A stretch of DNA of 64,000 bases from Magnetococcales bacterium DC0425bin3 (lineage in GTDB: Bacteria; Pseudomonadota; Magnetococcia; Magnetococcales; DC0425bin3). Positions 11,124 to 20,482 of the stretch are shown here, piece after piece; position 1 is the stretch's first letter, and the number at the start of each line of letters is the position of its first letter. The DNA lies in the NCBI GenBank assembly GCA_002753665.1, contig PEAP01000003.1, forward strand, positions 15,054 to 79,053, in the 5' to 3' direction. The notes below the pieces were generated by a model. That model was given only the letters and a program-made list of their open reading frames with translations, searched no databases and had not been told where the DNA came from. Position numbers and translations under genes: made by a program.

Positions 11124-12140
11124 ATGGCGACCAACCAGACCATCGCCACGGTGGGTGAGTTCGGGTTGATCCAGCGGTTGTTCGTCCCCCTCGGCGCGGT
11201 GGCCGGCATGCAGCCGCCCCTGGTGGGGATCGGCGACGACGGCGCGGTGACCGCCGTGCCCCGCACCCAGCACCTGGTGACCACCACCGACACCCTGGTG
11301 GAGGGGATTCATTTCAATTCGGACATGGATCCCCTGCTGCTGGGGCGCAAGTCGCTGGCGGTCAATCTGTCCGACCTGGCCGCCATGGGGGCCGCCCCCC
11401 AATGGTATCTGCTGTCCCTCGCCCTGCCCCCCTCCACCCCCCTGATCTGGGCCGAGCAGTTCGCCCAGGGCCTGCGGCAGGCCGCCGAACCGTTCAATGT
11501 GGCGCTGATCGGCGGCGACACGGTGGGGGCCAAGGGCGGCATCGTCATCACCATCACCCTGCTGGGCCTGGTGGGAGAGGACCGGGCGGTGAAGCGCTCC
11601 GGCGCCGCGGCCGGAGACCTGATCTATGTCTCCGGCACCATTGGCGACGCGGCCCTGGGGTTGGGGCAGATGCTGGGGCGGCTGCCCCGGCTCGATGCCG
11701 ACGAGGCGGTGTTCCTGGAGCAGCGCCAGCAGCTGCCCGAGCCCCGGGTGGCCCTGGGATTGTTGTTGCAGGACACCGCGGTGGTGCGGGCGGCCATCGA
11801 TGTGTCCGACGGTCTGGTGGCCGATCTGGGGCACCTGTGCGTGGCTTCCGGGGTGGCGGCCCGGGTGGATTGGGAGCGGCTGCCCCTGTCCCCGGCGGCC
11901 CGGCGGCTGGTGGCGGCCCGGGGGGAGGCCGTGGAACGCCTGATCCTGACCGGCGGGGAGGATTACGAGCTGCTGTTCGCCGTCCCGTCCGGAGCCCGGG
12001 CCGGGGTGGAGGAAGTCGCCCGGCGGGTGGGGGTACCATTGACGGAAATCGGGGAGTTCCAGGCCGGCGCGCCGCGGGTGACCGTTGTGAAGAACGGCGC
12101 ACCCTTCGATCCCGGTCCGGGCGGCTGGACGCACTTCTAG
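11124..12140 (+). CDS. thiL: thiamine-monophosphate kinase
   Basis: VGEFGLIQRL...GIGDDGAV...TTDTLVEGIHF...NLSDLAAMGA are AIR-synthase-related ThiL motifs. Confidence 0.9.
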   Translation: MATNQTIATVGEFGLIQRLFVPLGAVAGMQPPLVGIGDDGAVTAVPRTQHLVTTTDTLVEGIHFNSDMDPLLLGRKSLAVNLSDLAAMGAAPQWYLLSLALPPSTPLIWAEQFAQGLRQAAEPFNVALIGGDTVGAKGGIVITITLLGLVGEDRAVKRSGAAAGDLIYVSGTIGDAALGLGQMLGRLPRLDADEAVFLEQRQQLPEPRVALGLLLQDTAVVRAAIDVSDGLVADLGHLCVASGVAARVDWERLPLSPAARRLVAARGEAVERLILTGGEDYELLFAVPSGARAGVEEVARRVGVPLTEIGEFQAGAPRVTVVKNGAPFDPGPGGWTHF

Positions 12141-12145
12141 GTCTC

Positions 12146-12949
12146 ATGGAGCCCAGGGTCCTCGAAGCGCTGTTGCGGGAGGTGGCCGCGGGCCGCACCG
12201 GAGTGGCGGACGCCCTGGAGCGGCTGCGGTGTTTTCCGGTGGACGCGGTGGCCGACGGCGGGGAAATCGTGGCCCGGCTGGATACCCATCGCCGCCTGCG
12301 CCAGGGTTTTCCCGAGGTGATTCTGGCCCAGGGCAAGCGCTTCGACCACTTGCGGAGCATCGTGGAGCGGGCGTTGGGGCATGACGGGGATCTGTTGATC
12401 ACCCGCCTGGGATCCGGTCGCCTGCAGCGCCTGCAAGAGTTGTTTCCCGAACTGCAAAGCGAGGGGCAGTCCGGTTGTCTGTACCGCCAACGGCAACCGG
12501 GGCCCGGCCAAGGACTGGTGGGGGTGCTGTGCGCCGGCACCAGCGACATCCCCGTGGCCCAGGAGGCGGCGCTCACCGCCCGGCTGCTGGGGGCGCGGGT
12601 GGAGACCTGGTTCGACGCCGGGGTGGCGGGTCTGCACCGCCTGCTGGCGGCGGGGGAGCTGCTGCGCCGGGGACGGGTGTTCGTGGTGGCCGCCGGCATG
12701 GAAGGCGCCCTGCCCTCGGTGGTGGGGGGGCTGGTGGATCGCCCGGTCATCGCCGTGCCCACCGACGGCGGCTATGGCACGGCCTTCGGCGGGGTCTCCG
12801 CCCTGCTGGGCATGCTGAACAGCTGCGCGGCCAACGTGACGGTGGTCAACATCAACAACGGCTTCGGCGCCGGCTATGTGGCGGGGTTGATCAACCGGGG
12901 GGGCGAGCGTGAGGAGGAGCATGGCCAACCCTGCCTATCTCAACGATGA
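12146..12949 (+). CDS. larB: LarB-like nickel-pincer cofactor biosynthesis protein (PurE/AIR-carboxylase-related)
   Basis: ARLDTHRRLRQGFPEVILAQGK N-terminal part and a PurE-like C-terminal part (GTSDIPVAQEAA...VAAGMEGALPSVVGGL...VIAVPT). The track ORF 11402.. is an off-frame extension over thiL. Confidence 0.75.
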   Translation: MEPRVLEALLREVAAGRTGVADALERLRCFPVDAVADGGEIVARLDTHRRLRQGFPEVILAQGKRFDHLRSIVERALGHDGDLLITRLGSGRLQRLQELFPELQSEGQSGCLYRQRQPGPGQGLVGVLCAGTSDIPVAQEAALTARLLGARVETWFDAGVAGLHRLLAAGELLRRGRVFVVAAGMEGALPSVVGGLVDRPVIAVPTDGGYGTAFGGVSALLGMLNSCAANVTVVNINNGFGAGYVAGLINRGGEREEEHGQPCLSQR

Positions 12950-14324
12950 CTGGACCAACCAGGTCGGGCAACTGGGGGCGCTGAAGTTCGCCGAAACCGC
13001 CCGGGAGCTGATCCTCACCGCCCCCACCCCCTTTGCCCTCGCCATCGGCGGACGCTGGGGATCGGGCAAGACCTCCATGCTGCGCACCCTGATGCGGGCG
13101 TTGGGAGGGCAGTTCCTCGTTCATCTTGGTGGGGAAGGCACCGCCTTCGAAGAACACCAGCCGCCGATCGATGATGCGCTCGATCCCTCCAAGAACAAGG
13201 AGTTGAAAAAACGCCTGAAGAACGTCCGCACCGTCTGGTTCAATCCCTGGCAGTTCCAGCACGAGCCCAACCCCCTGGTGCCGCTGTTGCAGGAGATCCG
13301 CGAGCAGGTGCGCTACCAGTTCCTCCGCGGCGGGGCCAAGCAGCTGGCCAATCTGGTGGAGGCGGGCATTCAGTCCCTGGGCTCTTTGGCGGACGCGGCA
13401 ATCCAGGTCTCCACCGGGGCCAGAAAGTTCGAGGTCTTCCAGCGGATGTCCGACACCCTGCGCCAGACGGCGGAGCGGGAGCGACGGGAGAGTTTCAGCC
13501 AGCCGGTGGACGCCCAGCGCTTCTTCCTGCAGTTCGAGCAGGCCGTGCGCCAAGTGCTGGGCCTCAGGGCCAAGGAAACCAACGACTCCGCCCGGTTGGT
13601 GGTCTTCATCGACGACCTGGACCGCTGCAGCGATGCGGTGGTCTTCGCCCTGCTGGAGGCCATCAAACTCTACCTCTCCAGCCGCCACTGCGTGTTCGTC
13701 TTCGGCCTGGACCGCACCCATGTGGAGAAGGCCGTGGCCCAGGCCGGGGGCTACACCGACCTGGAGGCGGCCCAGTATGTGGAAAAGCTGTTCCAGACCC
13801 GGCTGCACCTGCCGGTGCCGGATGCGACACAGTGGAAAACGTTCATCGAAGGCCTGCTGGCGGCTTTGGATATCCGGCAGCAAGCGGCCGAGGTCGAGCT
13901 GCTGGCCACCCTGCTCCCCCCCAACCCGCGCCAAGCCAAGAACTATCTCAACGGCCTGAAGCTCCATCTGACCATCGGCCCCAAAGAGGAACCCCGTCGC
14001 GCCATTCTGGTCCACCTGCTGCGGGTGTGGTTTCCAGACGTTTATGAACTGCTCCTGCAAAACCCGAAGGAGGTGCTCGAGGATCTGATGCACATGTGCA
14101 GGGAGGAGTCCCCGGGCGACACGGTGCGCAAGCAGTACATCCACCATGTCATGGAGAACCCCCTGATGGCCGACACCAAGGCCGATCCCAAAACGGTCCT
14201 GGATCCCAGGCGGTTCCATGCCCTGCGGGCCGGGGCGGCACGGGCCGAAGCCCTGAGGACCTTCAAGCAACAATTCAGTGACACTTTTCCCACAGTGGCT
14301 GATCTGAAGGCCCACTTGATCTGA
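12921..14324 (+). CDS. KAP-family P-loop NTPase (soluble; no transmembrane insert seen)
   Basis: Walker A AIGGRWGSGKTSML, FNPWQF, Walker B LVVFIDDLDRC, YVEKLFQTRLHLP and a NPRQAKNYLN motif, all characteristic of KAP NTPases. ATG 12921 is preceded by GAGGAGG. The start overlaps larB by 29 nt. Confidence 0.85.
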   Translation: MANPAYLNDDWTNQVGQLGALKFAETARELILTAPTPFALAIGGRWGSGKTSMLRTLMRALGGQFLVHLGGEGTAFEEHQPPIDDALDPSKNKELKKRLKNVRTVWFNPWQFQHEPNPLVPLLQEIREQVRYQFLRGGAKQLANLVEAGIQSLGSLADAAIQVSTGARKFEVFQRMSDTLRQTAERERRESFSQPVDAQRFFLQFEQAVRQVLGLRAKETNDSARLVVFIDDLDRCSDAVVFALLEAIKLYLSSRHCVFVFGLDRTHVEKAVAQAGGYTDLEAAQYVEKLFQTRLHLPVPDATQWKTFIEGLLAALDIRQQAAEVELLATLLPPNPRQAKNYLNGLKLHLTIGPKEEPRRAILVHLLRVWFPDVYELLLQNPKEVLEDLMHMCREESPGDTVRKQYIHHVMENPLMADTKADPKTVLDPRRFHALRAGAARAEALRTFKQQFSDTFPTVADLKAHLI

Positions 14325-14332
14325 GGCTTGCC

Positions 14333-17300
14333 ATGGATCCCAAGCGCCAAGCCGTCCTGCAACAGCGGTTGAAAAGCAGCCTCACCGCCTGGATGAACCC
14401 CACCTTCGACACCTGGGAGGCGCGGCAATGGCTGGTGGATTATCGGCGATACCTGCGGGAGACCTATGCCCGGGCCGACTTCGCCGGGGTGCTGGATGCC
14501 AAACAGCGGGTGCCCATGGCCCTGGCGGATATCTTCGTCGCGGAGCGCTTCGCCGCCGAGGATCTGACCAGCCGGGAGGGGGATGCCGACCTGTCCCGGC
14601 GTCTGGCCGCCACGCCCGGGGAGGAGATCGAGGATCTGCTGGTATCCCTGGGAGCCGATGAAACCACTCCCGCGGTGAATGGCCGGGTGGTGCTGGTGGG
14701 GCCGCCGGGGTCGGGCAAGTCGGCCCTGGTGCGCATGCTGGCCGCGGACTGTGCCGACGACGCCATGCGGCCCCTCAACCGTCATCTGGGGCGGCGACTG
14801 GTGATCCCCTTCATCCTGCGGGAGGCCTCCCTGGCCGGGGTGCGCACCACGGACCAGTTGCTGGAGCGTTGGCGGCAGAGGGTTGCGGTCCAGAGTCAAG
14901 GGAAGCACCAGGTGGACCTGGCGCAGGCCAAGCTGTATCTGGACAAAGGCTGGGCCATCGTCGCCTTCGACGGGGTGGACGAAATCGGCTATCAGGCGCG
15001 CATCCGGGTCCGTCATCTGGCCTGTGCCCTGGCAGCGCGTTTTCCCGGGGTGGCGGTGCTGGTGACCGGCCGGCCGGTGGGATTCCAGAAGCTGCCCTAC
15101 GACCAACTGTCCCCCCGGATATGGCGGGCCTTGAGTCAACGAGAAGGACGGGCGCTGACGCCCTTCGTCTGGCCCCTCCGTTATCTGCGACCTTTCGACG
15201 ACGGCCAGATCGAAAGCTACATCACACGCTGGTTCGCCGCCGGCTATCCCGAGGATCACGACCGCCAACAACGGGATGGGACCCAGCTCCTGGAGGCCCT
15301 GAAGAACAACACCGGTCTGCAGGGTCTCAAGCGTCGGCCCATCTATCTGGCCATCCTCACCTTTGTCCACGACAAGAAGGGCAAACTGCCCAACAGCCAG
15401 ACGTTGGCCTACGAGGCCATGGTGGAGGCCTATCTGGACGTGCTGGATGCCGCCAAGGATCTGGATCATGCCGTCAGCCCGCCCTTTCCCCGGGTTGTCA
15501 AGTGGCAGGTCCTGGAGCGGCTGGCCTATGGTTTGCATAGCCGTGATCCGGCCTTGTCCGCCCAGGGGGCGGGCAAGGACAATCCCTTCAACCTGCGCAT
15601 CGGCTGCGAGCCGTTCCAGCAGTGGCTGCAGGCTTCCGGTGGCTTCACCCAGGAGCAGGCGAAGGATATGCTGACCTTTCTCATCGCCCGGGCCGGGCTG
15701 CTGGTGGAGTCGGAAGAGGGGGTGCTGGCCTTCAGTCACCTGTCGTTCCAGGAGTTCCTGGTGGCGGCCCATGTGTTCCGGGAACTGGGCGAGTATATCT
15801 TCGACGATCCCAGCGGCTTTCTTCGGAATCGCCTGCTGGATCCCCTCACCCGCGACAGCGCCTGGCACCCCGCCGGGCTGGCCTTCTTCGGCCTGGTGAC
15901 CCACAAACAGGGTCACCAGCATTTCCAGGAACGAATCCTGCGCAAATGCTGGCTGGAGTCCCCAGCGCCCACAGTCAACGAAAATGTCAACCGCTTCCGG
16001 TTTCTCGACCGTCTGCTGTCCGAAGGGGAATCCGCTCTGTCCGATGCCTTCAAGCAAGAACTCTGGGGGCATTATTGGGATCGGGCCATCGCCCAATGGC
16101 ATGAGGACTGGATCATCCCCTTCGCCACTCCCGCCAACCATTGGGCGTGCTGGGGACCCCGGGTGGCCTCCACCATGGCGGAACGCTGGCAGCAACTCGC
16201 TCCCTCCTCCCAGGACGCCTTCAAGGAACTGACCCTGTTCTCTCTCCTGCCGCCGGACTGGATGGGGGAACAATGGAAAAGCCTGGAGGCCAAAGCAATC
16301 CGGGACCGGTGGATCGCTGCGGCCAAGCAGGACGCGACCTTGTTGAAGGCCCTGGATCTGCATGCCATCCATTCTCCGACATGGCCGCTATTGCGGTCCG
16401 CGTTTGGTTTCGAGAAGCTGCTGCTGACCAGCCTGACTTATTGGTCCTCCAATGGATTGCTATTCCCCTTCGTTCTTCTGCGGCATGACCAGGCCTTTCG
16501 TCAGGTGAGGAATCATTATCTTTCTCTGTTGGCTCTTGAGCTATTGACAGAGATCAGCCTCAATGGTGTTGAGAAGGCTCTGGCTCGGGATCTGGATCTG
16601 GCTCGGACTCTGGATCGGGCTCTGGCTCTGGCTCGGGATCGGGCTCTGGCTCGGACTCTGGATCGGGCTCTGGCTCTGGCTCGGGATCGGGCTCTGGCTC
16701 TGGATCGGGCTCTGGCTCGGGATCTGGATCTGGCTCGGACTCTGGATCGGGCTCTGGCTCGGGATCGGGATCGGAATCTGGCTCTGGCTCGGGCTCTGGC
16801 TCGGGATCTGGATCTGGCTCTGGATCTGGCTCTGGATCTGGCTCTGGATCGGGATCGGGATCGGGATCTGGATCTGGATCTGGATCGGGCTCGGGATCTG
16901 GCTCGGGATCGGGATCGGGATCTGAGTTTTGAAAAAACTAGAATTTTATATTATCATATTACCAATTGGATTTTGATCAACTCTTGCGTCGCCAACACCC
17001 CTCCCTGGTTTCCGACTCCAGCACAGGCCTGCGCGGCCGTGGAACGGCTGAGGGAGGAACAACCCGAATTGGCCGCCCTCTTTGATCGGGACTGGTTCCC
17101 CTACCGGTCATTGAAGAAGAAAGCCAGCCAGCCCTTCCCCCCCGAACCCCTGGAGGCCACCCACCACCGTTTCTACCGTTTTCTGCGCCATTGGTTACAG
17201 AAAGAAGGACAGGATGTCTCCGACCTGCCCGAACACCTCTCCCTCCAGCCGGGCAAGGCGTTCGCCAAGTACCATGGCGCCGAGGCGGCCCAACGCTGCC

Positions 17301-17401
17301 TGAAGGATCTGCAAGCCGCTGGCTGGGACCCCACGGTGTGGCCGCCGGCGGATGTCGATGCCTGGATTCGCAAGCCATCCCGAAAAAAAAGATCCCGCTG
17401 A
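14333..17401 (+). CDS. NACHT-domain (STAND) NTPase with C-terminal helical region, a 116-aa dipeptide-repeat tract and an uncharacterised ~158-aa tail
   Basis: Walker [19 protein letters not shown], Walker [13 protein letters not shown], then VLVTGRP and [12 protein letters not shown], typical of bacterial NACHT. Starts 8 nt after the KAP gene stop. No recognisable N-terminal effector domain. Confidence 0.85.
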   Translation: MDPKRQAVLQQRLKSSLTAWMNPTFDTWEARQWLVDYRRYLRETYARADFAGVLDAKQRVPMALADIFVAERFAAEDLTSREGDADLSRRLAATPGEEIEDLLVSLGADETTPAVNGRVVLVGPPGSGKSALVRMLAADCADDAMRPLNRHLGRRLVIPFILREASLAGVRTTDQLLERWRQRVAVQSQGKHQVDLAQAKLYLDKGWAIVAFDGVDEIGYQARIRVRHLACALAARFPGVAVLVTGRPVGFQKLPYDQLSPRIWRALSQREGRALTPFVWPLRYLRPFDDGQIESYITRWFAAGYPEDHDRQQRDGTQLLEALKNNTGLQGLKRRPIYLAILTFVHDKKGKLPNSQTLAYEAMVEAYLDVLDAAKDLDHAVSPPFPRVVKWQVLERLAYGLHSRDPALSAQGAGKDNPFNLRIGCEPFQQWLQASGGFTQEQAKDMLTFLIARAGLLVESEEGVLAFSHLSFQEFLVAAHVFRELGEYIFDDPSGFLRNRLLDPLTRDSAWHPAGLAFFGLVTHKQGHQHFQERILRKCWLESPAPTVNENVNRFRFLDRLLSEGESALSDAFKQELWGHYWDRAIAQWHEDWIIPFATPANHWACWGPRVASTMAERWQQLAPSSQDAFKELTLFSLLPPDWMGEQWKSLEAKAIRDRWIAAAKQDATLLKALDLHAIHSPTWPLLRSAFGFEKLLLTSLTYWSSNGLLFPFVLLRHDQAFRQVRNHYLSLLALELLTEISLNGVEKALARDLDLARTLDRALALARDRALARTLDRALALARDRALALDRALARDLDLARTLDRALARDRDRNLALARALARDLDLALDLALDLALDRDRDRDLDLDLDRARDLARDRDRDLSFEKTRILYYHITNWILINSCVANTPPWFPTPAQACAAVERLREEQPELAALFDRDWFPYRSLKKKASQPFPPEPLEATHHRFYRFLRHWLQKEGQDVSDLPEHLSLQPGKAFAKYHGAEAAQRCLKDLQAAGWDPTVWPPADVDAWIRKPSRKKRSR
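16577..16924 (+). repeat. 58 uninterrupted hexanucleotide units G[C/A]TC[T/G]G (3 ACTCTG and 1 AATCTG variants) encoding [A/D/T/N][L/R] dipeptides inside the NACHT gene
   Basis: Direct reading: gct ctg gct cgg gat ctg gat ctg gct cgg act ctg gat cgg ... gat cgg gat cgg gat ctg. There is a higher-order 48-bp unit ([16 protein letters not shown] x2). No stop codon in any of the six frames. Confidence 0.95.
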
Positions 17402-17486
17402 CGCCAATCCAGCCGATAGGGAGACAGGAGGTCGGGATTTCGATCCCATGCCCGGCCCTGTTCGCGGTCTCGAAGGAGCGTCCACC

Positions 17487-18194
17487 ATGTCGCCCGCCTA
17501 CGACCCCCTGGCCCCGGCCCGGGAAAGCTACCTCTTCGCCCATCTGTCGGAGCCGGCCTGGCAGCGGCTCCGGCCGGCCTTCCAGCGCCGACGCCTGGAA
17601 TCCGGCGCCCTGCTCTTCCAGCAGGGCGACCCCTTCGAGCATTTCTTCTTCGTGCTGTCCGGGGGGGTCAAGCTGTTCCGGATGTCGGCGGAAGGGCAGG
17701 AAAAGGTGCTGGAGGTGGTGGAGCCCGGCGCCACCTTCGCCGAGGCCATCATGTTCTCGGGCGGCCACCGCTATCCGGTGAACGCCGAGGCGGTGACGGA
17801 GTCGGTGCTGCTGGCCATGCCCCAGAAACCCTACATGGAGTTGCTGAAGAAACAGCCGGAACTCTGCTTCGACCTGCTGGCGGGCATGAGCCGGCGGCTG
17901 CATGGCCTGGTGATGGAAATCAACCGGTTGACCCTGCTGCGGGCGCGGGAACGCCTCATCGGCTACCTGGTGCGGCAGGCGGTGCCCGCCGAAAGCGGCG
18001 GGGCGGTGGTCAAGCTGCCCATGACCCGCAAGGTGCTGGCCTCGCGCCTGTCCATCCAGCCGGAAACCCTCTCCCGGCTGCTGGGCGCCCTCAAGCGGGC
18101 CGGTCAGATCCGGGAGGCCGAATCGGCCCTGCTCATCCCCGACCCCGCCGCCCTGCGGGCGCTGATGGCGGAAGAAAACCCGGACCCGGAATGA
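17487..18194 (+). CDS. Crp/Fnr-family transcriptional regulator
   Basis: cNMP-binding-like beta-roll (LFQQGDPFEHFFFVLSGGVKLFRMSAEGQEKVLEVV) and a C-terminal HTH (TRKVLASRLSIQPETLSRLLGALK). ATG 17487 is preceded by GAAGGAG. Confidence 0.85.
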   Translation: MSPAYDPLAPARESYLFAHLSEPAWQRLRPAFQRRRLESGALLFQQGDPFEHFFFVLSGGVKLFRMSAEGQEKVLEVVEPGATFAEAIMFSGGHRYPVNAEAVTESVLLAMPQKPYMELLKKQPELCFDLLAGMSRRLHGLVMEINRLTLLRARERLIGYLVRQAVPAESGGAVVKLPMTRKVLASRLSIQPETLSRLLGALKRAGQIREAESALLIPDPAALRALMAEENPDPE

Positions 18195-18215
18195 CCGCCG
18201 CCGGGTCCGGCGCGC

Positions 18216-20393
18216 TCAAAACGGCAGGATGTCCTTGAGAGGAATCCCCAGCTTCTCCTCCAGCTTCTTGACCTTCTCGCCGGTCTTGCCGGTCTGGAGC
18301 TTCTCCAGCAGTTTTTCCTTGGCCTGGGTCTTGGCGGCGGATTCCAACAACTCGGCCAGGTCCACCTGAACCTCCGGCTTGCCGAAGCCCCCGGTCACCC
18401 GCACCGGAATTTCCAGCCCCTTGAGATCCCGGGCGGTATGGTCGATCTCCTCCAGGGCCGGCAGCACCTTGGCCTTGAGCAGGTAATCCAACGTCTCGCC
18501 GGGCAGGTCCACCTGGCCGCCGCCCTCGACCTCCAGCAGGCCGGAGGCGGCCACCAGGTCGCGGTTGTCCACCACCCCCTGGCGAATGGTCGCCGACCCG
18601 GACAGGGTCTTGAAGACAGTCTTGCCCTGGTCCTCCCGCAGGGTGAGCGGACGCTGCTTGAGCAGGGCATAGGCTTCCAGGATGCGCCGCTCCAGGTCCA
18701 CGCCGAACACCGCGCCATCGGCCACGTCGAAACGGGCGCTGCCGTCGAGGTTGGAACGCAGCGTCGCCGCATCCAGACCCCGGCTGGTCAGATCCATCCC
18801 CAGGGTGGCGGTGCCGGAGACCAGATCCATGTCCAGCATCTCCTTCAGCAGCGGCTGGATCTTCACCCCCCGGAAGTCCGGTTTCAAGGCCAGGGCGGGG
18901 GCGGCACCCCGCAGGTCCAGCTGGGCGGTGGCCTCCAGGGTGCCTTCATAGAGACTCGCCTGGAACGGATCCAGGCGCAGCAGGCCGTCCCGGGCCCGCA
19001 CCCGGGCCTGCAGGTTGGTGAACTGCCCGCCATGGGCGGTGAGCCGACCCAGGCGCAGACGACCTTCCAGATCCAAACCGGCCAGGGCTGCCAACGGCCG
19101 CGCGGCCGCCGGCGCCGGCCTGGCCGCTCCGGGAGCGGGGGACGGCTCCCCCGGGGCCGGACCCGCCGCCCCGGTCTGGGGCGGGAGCAGGTAGCGGTCC
19201 AGGTCCAGGTGATCCAGGTTCAGGTCGAAGCGGATGGTCGGCTTGGCGAAGCGGGTCACCACGGCGGTGCCGGTCAGGTGGGCGCCGTCCAGGTCCATGG
19301 CCAGCTTTTGCACCTCGGCCCGGTCCAGTCCGATCCCCAGGGTGGTTTCCAGGGCCACGGCGCCGAAGGCCTGGAGATCGGCCGGCACCGGCTGGCCCAG
19401 CCGTTCCAGCAGCCGGCGCGGATCGAAGCGGGCCAACGCGAGCTGGGCGTCGAAGCGGGGATCGCCGAGGATTTCCCGGCCGTCGATGCGACCGGTCAGT
19501 TGCAGATGGTCCACCACGCCCAGGGTCAGACCGGTCACCGTCAGGGTCTGATCGTCCAGGCTGGTGGCGATCTCGGCCGCGAGGGTCGCCTCCACCCCCT
19601 GGTCGGGCAGCCCCTCCCCCGCGGCCCGCAGGGCCAGGCGGGTGCCGGCCAGGCGGAAGTTCCGGGATTTCTGGTCGCCGTGGAGGGTGCCGGCCAGCTG
19701 CAAGGTCCCGGTGGTTTTGGGTTGGGCGTTGCGCCACTCCAGGCTCGAATCGATGGCCACCGGCTGGCCATGGGCCACCGGCCCGGTGGCCAGGTTGAAC
19801 CGTTCCACCGCCACCTGATCGCCGGTGGCCTGGTCGGCAAAGCGCACCGCGCCGTCGGTGATCTCCACCCCGCCGACGGTGACGGCGGCCAGGGCCAGAC
19901 CCGCCCCCTCCTCTCCGGAGCCCGGCTCCGGGGCGGTGGCGGGGGGAGTCGCAGCCGCGGGGGCCGGCGCGGCAGCGCCGGTCAGGCCGACCCAGTTGCC
20001 CCGCCCGGCGCGGTCCCGCTCCAGGTCCAGTTGCAGGCCCTCCACCACCACCCGGTTCACCTCCACCCGCCGGTCCAGCAGGGGCAGCAGCTTCACCCGG
20101 ATGTCCAGCCGTTTGACCTGGGCCATGGGGCGGTCGGAAAACAGCGGCGCGTTGGAGAGGGTCACCCGCTCCAGCTTCACCCCCACCCAGGGGAACAGGG
20201 ACAGGCCCACCTCCCCGCCGATGGTCAGGTCCCGGCCCGTGCGGTCCTTGACGGCTTGGATCAGGGCGGGCTTGTAGTCGTTGGGATCCACCACCAGGGG
20301 GACGATCACCACCGCGCCCAACCCCAGGATCACCATGGCCAACAGGAGAAACAGCACCGTCTTGAGAATCGTTCCCATGAGTTCCGGTTCCAT
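18216..20393 (-). CDS. asmA: AsmA-family outer-membrane assembly protein
   Basis: N-terminal TM anchor, then an AsmA N-domain (DPNDYKPALIQAVKDRTGRDLTIGGEVGLSLFPWVGVKLERVTLSN) and an AsmA C-domain (GSATIRQGVVDNRDL). Alternative start is M6 (20378). Confidence 0.8.
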   Translation of the reverse strand: MEPELMGTILKTVLFLLLAMVILGLGAVVIVPLVVDPNDYKPALIQAVKDRTGRDLTIGGEVGLSLFPWVGVKLERVTLSNAPLFSDRPMAQVKRLDIRVKLLPLLDRRVEVNRVVVEGLQLDLERDRAGRGNWVGLTGAAAPAPAAATPPATAPEPGSGEEGAGLALAAVTVGGVEITDGAVRFADQATGDQVAVERFNLATGPVAHGQPVAIDSSLEWRNAQPKTTGTLQLAGTLHGDQKSRNFRLAGTRLALRAAGEGLPDQGVEATLAAEIATSLDDQTLTVTGLTLGVVDHLQLTGRIDGREILGDPRFDAQLALARFDPRRLLERLGQPVPADLQAFGAVALETTLGIGLDRAEVQKLAMDLDGAHLTGTAVVTRFAKPTIRFDLNLDHLDLDRYLLPPQTGAAGPAPGEPSPAPGAARPAPAAARPLAALAGLDLEGRLRLGRLTAHGGQFTNLQARVRARDGLLRLDPFQASLYEGTLEATAQLDLRGAAPALALKPDFRGVKIQPLLKEMLDMDLVSGTATLGMDLTSRGLDAATLRSNLDGSARFDVADGAVFGVDLERRILEAYALLKQRPLTLREDQGKTVFKTLSGSATIRQGVVDNRDLVAASGLLEVEGGGQVDLPGETLDYLLKAKVLPALEEIDHTARDLKGLEIPVRVTGGFGKPEVQVDLAELLESAAKTQAKEKLLEKLQTGKTGEKVKKLEEKLGIPLKDILPF

Positions 20394-20482
20394 CCGCAGA
20401 AGAGAGCTGGCATCATGACAGCCTCAAATGATTATGCCCTATTTCCCCCTTTTGCCAAGCACGGGACTGAACCCTTGCCGCC

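Noticed and set aside
14042-16372. 776-aa minus-strand ORF opposite the KAP/NACHT genes
   Set aside because: Antisense to two genes with clear NTPase motifs on the plus strand. It has a biased P/G/Q/H composition and no motifs.
16563-16925. 120-aa [24 protein letters not shown]...
   Set aside because: It is the +1-shifted reading of the hexanucleotide repeat inside the NACHT gene. The repeat lacks stops in all six frames, so this ORF carries no independent evidence.
17383-17390. A8 homopolymer near the 3' end of the NACHT gene as a phase-variation switch
   Set aside because: A frameshift here would alter only the last ~5 codons (KKRSR), so it is unlikely to act as an on/off switch. It was noted only because A8 is rare in this GC-rich context.
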